From an uncultured Methanoregulaceae archaeon (lineage in GTDB: Archaea > Halobacteriota > Methanomicrobia > Methanomicrobiales > Methanospirillaceae), in contig CAVTTL010000001.1 of assembly GCA_963737635.1 (NCBI GenBank), positions 448,001 through 512,000 of the forward strand: a stretch of DNA of 64,000 nt. Reading direction: 5' to 3'. Every line of letters begins with the position of its first letter. Position 1 is the stretch's first letter. The position numbers and the translations under genes were made by a program. The notes under the pieces are model-generated. The model did no database searches, was not told where the DNA came from, and was given only the letters and a program-made list of their open reading frames with translations. Positions 60,259 through 64,000 of the stretch are shown here, piece after piece.

Positions 60259-62082
60259 TCAAGGCTCTTTTTCCTCTCTTTTGCAGGCATTCCGGTGGCT
60301 TGCCTGAACGTAGGTTCTCAGGATGTCGGATCGGGTAAGGAAACCAACTAGCGTGTCCGGGTTTTCCTCAGGTACAACCGGCAGGTGATCGAAGTTCTGG
60401 CCGACCATGATGACCAGAGCATCCTCAAGGGTGTCGTCCGGATGGATGACAAATGGCTTGAATGTCATGATCTCGCGTATGGTCGGGCACGTTTTATTTG
60501 CGGCGCGGACGGCGGTCACATCCCGGTTCGTGATTATCCCGACGAGGCAGCCATTATCGACAATGGGAAAACCAGTATGCCCGGTTTTTGTGATGAGGTC
60601 GATGACCTTTCCTGGCTCATCAGAGGGAGAGAGTGTGATGACTGACTCCCGCGGGATCATAGCATCCCGGATAAATATCCCTTCAAGGGTTTCCCGGTCA
60701 TATTCGCCGCGATGGGCGCCGGACTGAGCTTTGGTCGGTACCTGGTCTCGGAAGATGGTCTTTTCTCCGGTCAGCAGGTGGGAAACGGCGACGGCGGCCA
60801 TTGCCGGTATCAGGATCGTAATGCTTCCCACCATCTCGACCACCATGATCAGCACTGCAATGGGCGCATTGGCCACCGCCCCGAATAATGATATCATACC
60901 CACGACGATAAAAACCGGAATTGTTGCCGCCGGTACATACATCGGGAACAACAGGTGCAGGATAATGCCAAGAGCCGCCCCGATCGATGCACCAATAGTA
61001 AGTCCCGGGCCAAACACACCCCCGCTTCCTCCAGAGCCGAGAGTGAGGGATGTTGCAAGGATCTTGAAAAACGGCAACAGCAGGATCACGGCGAGCGGAA
61101 GCATGGAATAGAGCATGAGCTGGTCAAAACCATAACCTGACCCCAAACAGGCAAGGCCAAGCATTTCTGCATCAGGGGATATGATTGCGAGTATAGTAAC
61201 CAAAATGCCGAGGATAAGCGCTCCTGAAACCGGCTTTAAGTATTGGGGAAGATTATGTTGTTTGAATACGGCTGTAAACCAATCGCGGCTTCCGTAAAAG
61301 AGAAAGATATAGAGGAGACCGAACGCCGCACACGGTACACCGAGCAGGAGGAAGAGGGGGATCTGCCATACGGTCCACGAGAGCGGGATAAGCGAGAAGA
61401 TTGGCGCGTATCCTTCGAAGAACCCGAAGATGGCATACCCGATCACCGATGCAAGAAATGCCGGAATAATGGCATCGGATTCGAAGTCCCGAGTGTAGAG
61501 GACTTCTGCGGCAAGCACCGCCCCGCCAAGCGGTGCCTTGAATATGGTCCCGATCCCTGCCCCGATCCCGGTCGTGAGTGCAATCCTCCTCTCGCGGGGG
61601 GAGAGGCCGAGCATATCCGCAACAACGGACCCGAAACCCGCCGATATCTGGGCCGCGGGGCCTTCCCTCCCTGCACTTCCTCCGGTTGATATGGTAAGGA
61701 TTGCCGTTACGGCTTTTAAGACCGGAACCCTTTTGCGTATCCTGCCATCGCCATGGAATGCCTTGATCGCTGCATCTGTGCCATGTCCCTCTGCCTCAGG
61801 GGCAAAACGAGTGACGAGGAAGCCGGTCAGGAGACTCCCCGATAGGAGGATGGGAATCAGAAAGAAGAGCGAATGGGGCTCAGACCACTGGCTGATTGCT
61901 GCAACACTCTGACCTTCCTGTGGGTATGCATACTGCAGGAGATATCCCATGAAGAAGGCAATTCCCCATTTGAGACCCTCATAAAAAAGGAGAGAGCCGA
62001 AACCGGCAATGATACCAACTACTATAGCGATTATGACAACCCGTTTTGTCGGTGTAATACCGGAAGGGAGAGAGAACTTCAT
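60259..62082 (-). CDS. ClC chloride channel/antiporter with CBS pair
   Basis: GHGTD, GREGP (gating Glu), GGVFGP, two C-terminal CBS domains. Confidence 0.95.
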   Translation of the reverse strand: MKFSLPSGITPTKRVVIIAIVVGIIAGFGSLLFYEGLKWGIAFFMGYLLQYAYPQEGQSVAAISQWSEPHSLFFLIPILLSGSLLTGFLVTRFAPEAEGHGTDAAIKAFHGDGRIRKRVPVLKAVTAILTISTGGSAGREGPAAQISAGFGSVVADMLGLSPRERRIALTTGIGAGIGTIFKAPLGGAVLAAEVLYTRDFESDAIIPAFLASVIGYAIFGFFEGYAPIFSLIPLSWTVWQIPLFLLLGVPCAAFGLLYIFLFYGSRDWFTAVFKQHNLPQYLKPVSGALILGILVTILAIISPDAEMLGLACLGSGYGFDQLMLYSMLPLAVILLLPFFKILATSLTLGSGGSGGVFGPGLTIGASIGAALGIILHLLFPMYVPAATIPVFIVVGMISLFGAVANAPIAVLIMVVEMVGSITILIPAMAAVAVSHLLTGEKTIFRDQVPTKAQSGAHRGEYDRETLEGIFIRDAMIPRESVITLSPSDEPGKVIDLITKTGHTGFPIVDNGCLVGIITNRDVTAVRAANKTCPTIREIMTFKPFVIHPDDTLEDALVIMVGQNFDHLPVVPEENPDTLVGFLTRSDILRTYVQASHRNACKREEKEP

Positions 62083-62115
62083 GTATTCTGTGGTTTTTTA
62101 CTTTTTTTCCCGATC

Positions 62116-64000
62116 CTATTTCAGTGTTCTCATAAAGAATTCTGACCGTAATGCCAAAAAATAAAGGAGTCTCTTGTCTATCCTGAAAGGAAGAGATGTT
62201 AGCGGGAATCCAGAACTTGGATTAACCTCGTATCCCTTGAATCGGATTATATGTTCTCTTTTGCCAGGTTTCCCGATGAATCCCGGCTGAAAAATACGGT
62301 ATGCTAGCAGTTTCACCTGATCCTGGAACGGGAACATGACCAGAGTGTAGAGCCAGACAAGCCCTGCAAGTTCCCAACCGATGGGTGTCATAAAAACCCC
62401 ATACACTGCGATGAGAGTAGCCACAAGTTGTGTCCCGATGACTGCAATGAGCAGGATCCGCGCCGGGGGGATAGACCAGAATGGTCCTCTTGTGCGGGCG
62501 ACGAACACCGTCAGGTGTCCTCCGACAGAGAGGTTCAGGTAGACCAAGGTCTGGATGAGGGCCGGGGTAAGATGCAGTACTGAATTGCCTATAAAAAATA
62601 TGCCAAACGACCGTAGTGCGGCGAAGAGACCGATAGTCGAGGCAATGACTAATACAAAACGCATATCCCAGGATTCCGGTTTATTGGAATACCTTACGTT
62701 GTCATAAGCGATGGAGAGGATCGCGCCATCATTGAGAATTGCCAGGAGCACGATCATAATCGCGGTGACCGGGTAGAAATCGAAGAGAAGGATAACCACC
62801 GCAATAAAGAGGAGAAGCGCGAATGTCTCCGCAATACGGTAGATAGTGTAGTTGAGCATTCGCTGGAAGATTTTTCTGGCTTCTTTGACAGCGTCGATGA
62901 TCACCGAAAGACCGGGTTTCAGAAGTACGATCAGCTGCCGCCGCACGGGCAGCATCGGTCGCTCCCGATACCGCGATGCCGGCATCAGCCTTCTTCAGGG
63001 CAGGGGCGTCGTTGACTCCGTCCCCGGTCATGCCCACGATATGCCCATGCTTCTGGAGCACTTCAACGATATGGTACTTGTGCTGGGGGAAAACCTGTGC
63101 AAATCCATCCGCCTTCTCGATGGCATCGTCCATCCCGCTTGTCCTGTCTTTCGCGGCATCGAAAATGCTGGCGTCCACGATGTTTGTAGACAAACCAAGT
63201 TCCTTTCCGATCTCCTTTGCGATTGCGATCTGGTCCCCTGTGACCATTTTCACGGTGATACCCATACTTTGTGCAGCTTCGACGGTCTCTTTTGAGTCCT
63301 CCCGCAAGGGATCGAAAAGAGGGATAATTCCGATGAACTTCCATGTGCCAGCATCAATAGTACGGGCAACTCCAAGGGACCGGTATCCCTTCCCGGCAAA
63401 CTCGTCCACTACCTTATTCACGATCGGCCTGAGCAGTTCGGCGTCAGGATCAAGGGCAAGGATAACCTGCGGCGCACCTTTGGTGGTTTTGAATGTAATC
63501 CCATCCTTTCCCACCACCGTCGCCTCCGTCCGCTTGTGCACCGGATCGAACGGCGTAAAATGAGTTACCTGACAGGACTTCACATTCTCATTAAGCCCGG
63601 GCGTCACTCCTTTGAGAATGGCAAGATCGATCGTGTCCTGGTTCTCTGCCCGCGAGGCGAGGGCAGCACAAAATATCACATCCTCCGGCTCCACTCCTTC
63701 ACGGGTGAAGTGTTTTCCCATGGTCAGGGAGTTCTGGGTAAGAGTGCCGGTCTTGTCAGAGCACAGAACGTCAATCCCCGCCAGTTCCTCGATCGAGGTC
63801 AGCTTGGTGACGATTGCCTGCTCGCGGGCGAGAACCCCAGCTCCGATGGCCATGGTGACCGACATCACTGCCGGCATGGCCACCGGCACCGCCGCGACTG
63901 TCAGTACCAACCCAAACTGCAGGACCTCTAGGAAGGGATTGCCACGGAGAAATGAAACTACAACAATGACGATCGCAAGACTGATGGCGATATATATCAG
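62116..64000 (-). CDS. Plasma-membrane-type proton-efflux P-type ATPase (P3A; 5'-partial, frameshift ~62935)
   Basis: VPVAMP, CSDKTGTLT, TKGAPQ, DPLR, MVTGD, TGDGVNDAPALKKAD, ILND, RTRGPFWS. Confidence 0.93.

Noticed and set aside
1-64000. CRISPR arrays, IS elements, rRNA, inteins
   Set aside because: No regularly spaced repeats, transposase motifs or rRNA-like blocks were seen; RadA and FEN-1 are of normal length.

Overview
Chromosomal fragment of a hydrogenotrophic methanogen. Gene content and protein style point to Methanomicrobiales (Methanoregula-like), which is an inference. Bases 1-47.6 kb are mostly core genes: fwdGDBAC, fen, radA/rpa, lysA/dapL, a 2-oxoacid:ferredoxin oxidoreductase, fprA and desulfoferrodoxin, leuCDB, nusA/hisE, dph5, a cis-prenyltransferase pair and signalling proteins. 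After tRNA-Thr(CGT) at 47577 the content turns accessory: small proteins, duplicated HEAT and PEBP genes, a complete NHEJ cluster (Pol-Ku-Lig/PE) with an EVE gene, a ClC channel and a P3A H+-ATPase. The strongest candidates for novelty are (1) a compact nitrogenase-like NifH/D/K triad whose two short component-1 subunits keep the three cluster cysteines but lack FeMo-cofactor ligands, (2) the archaeal NHEJ operon with unusual architecture plus EVE, (3) a pair of Walker-dead KaiC-like proteins, one fused to a small GTPase, and (4) two unannotated GC-rich structured intergenic elements and a Cys4 microprotein. About 16 genes carry single-base frameshifts, most likely long-read assembly errors, so fusion and truncation claims need read-level checks. 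No CRISPR array, rRNA, transposase or integrase was seen.
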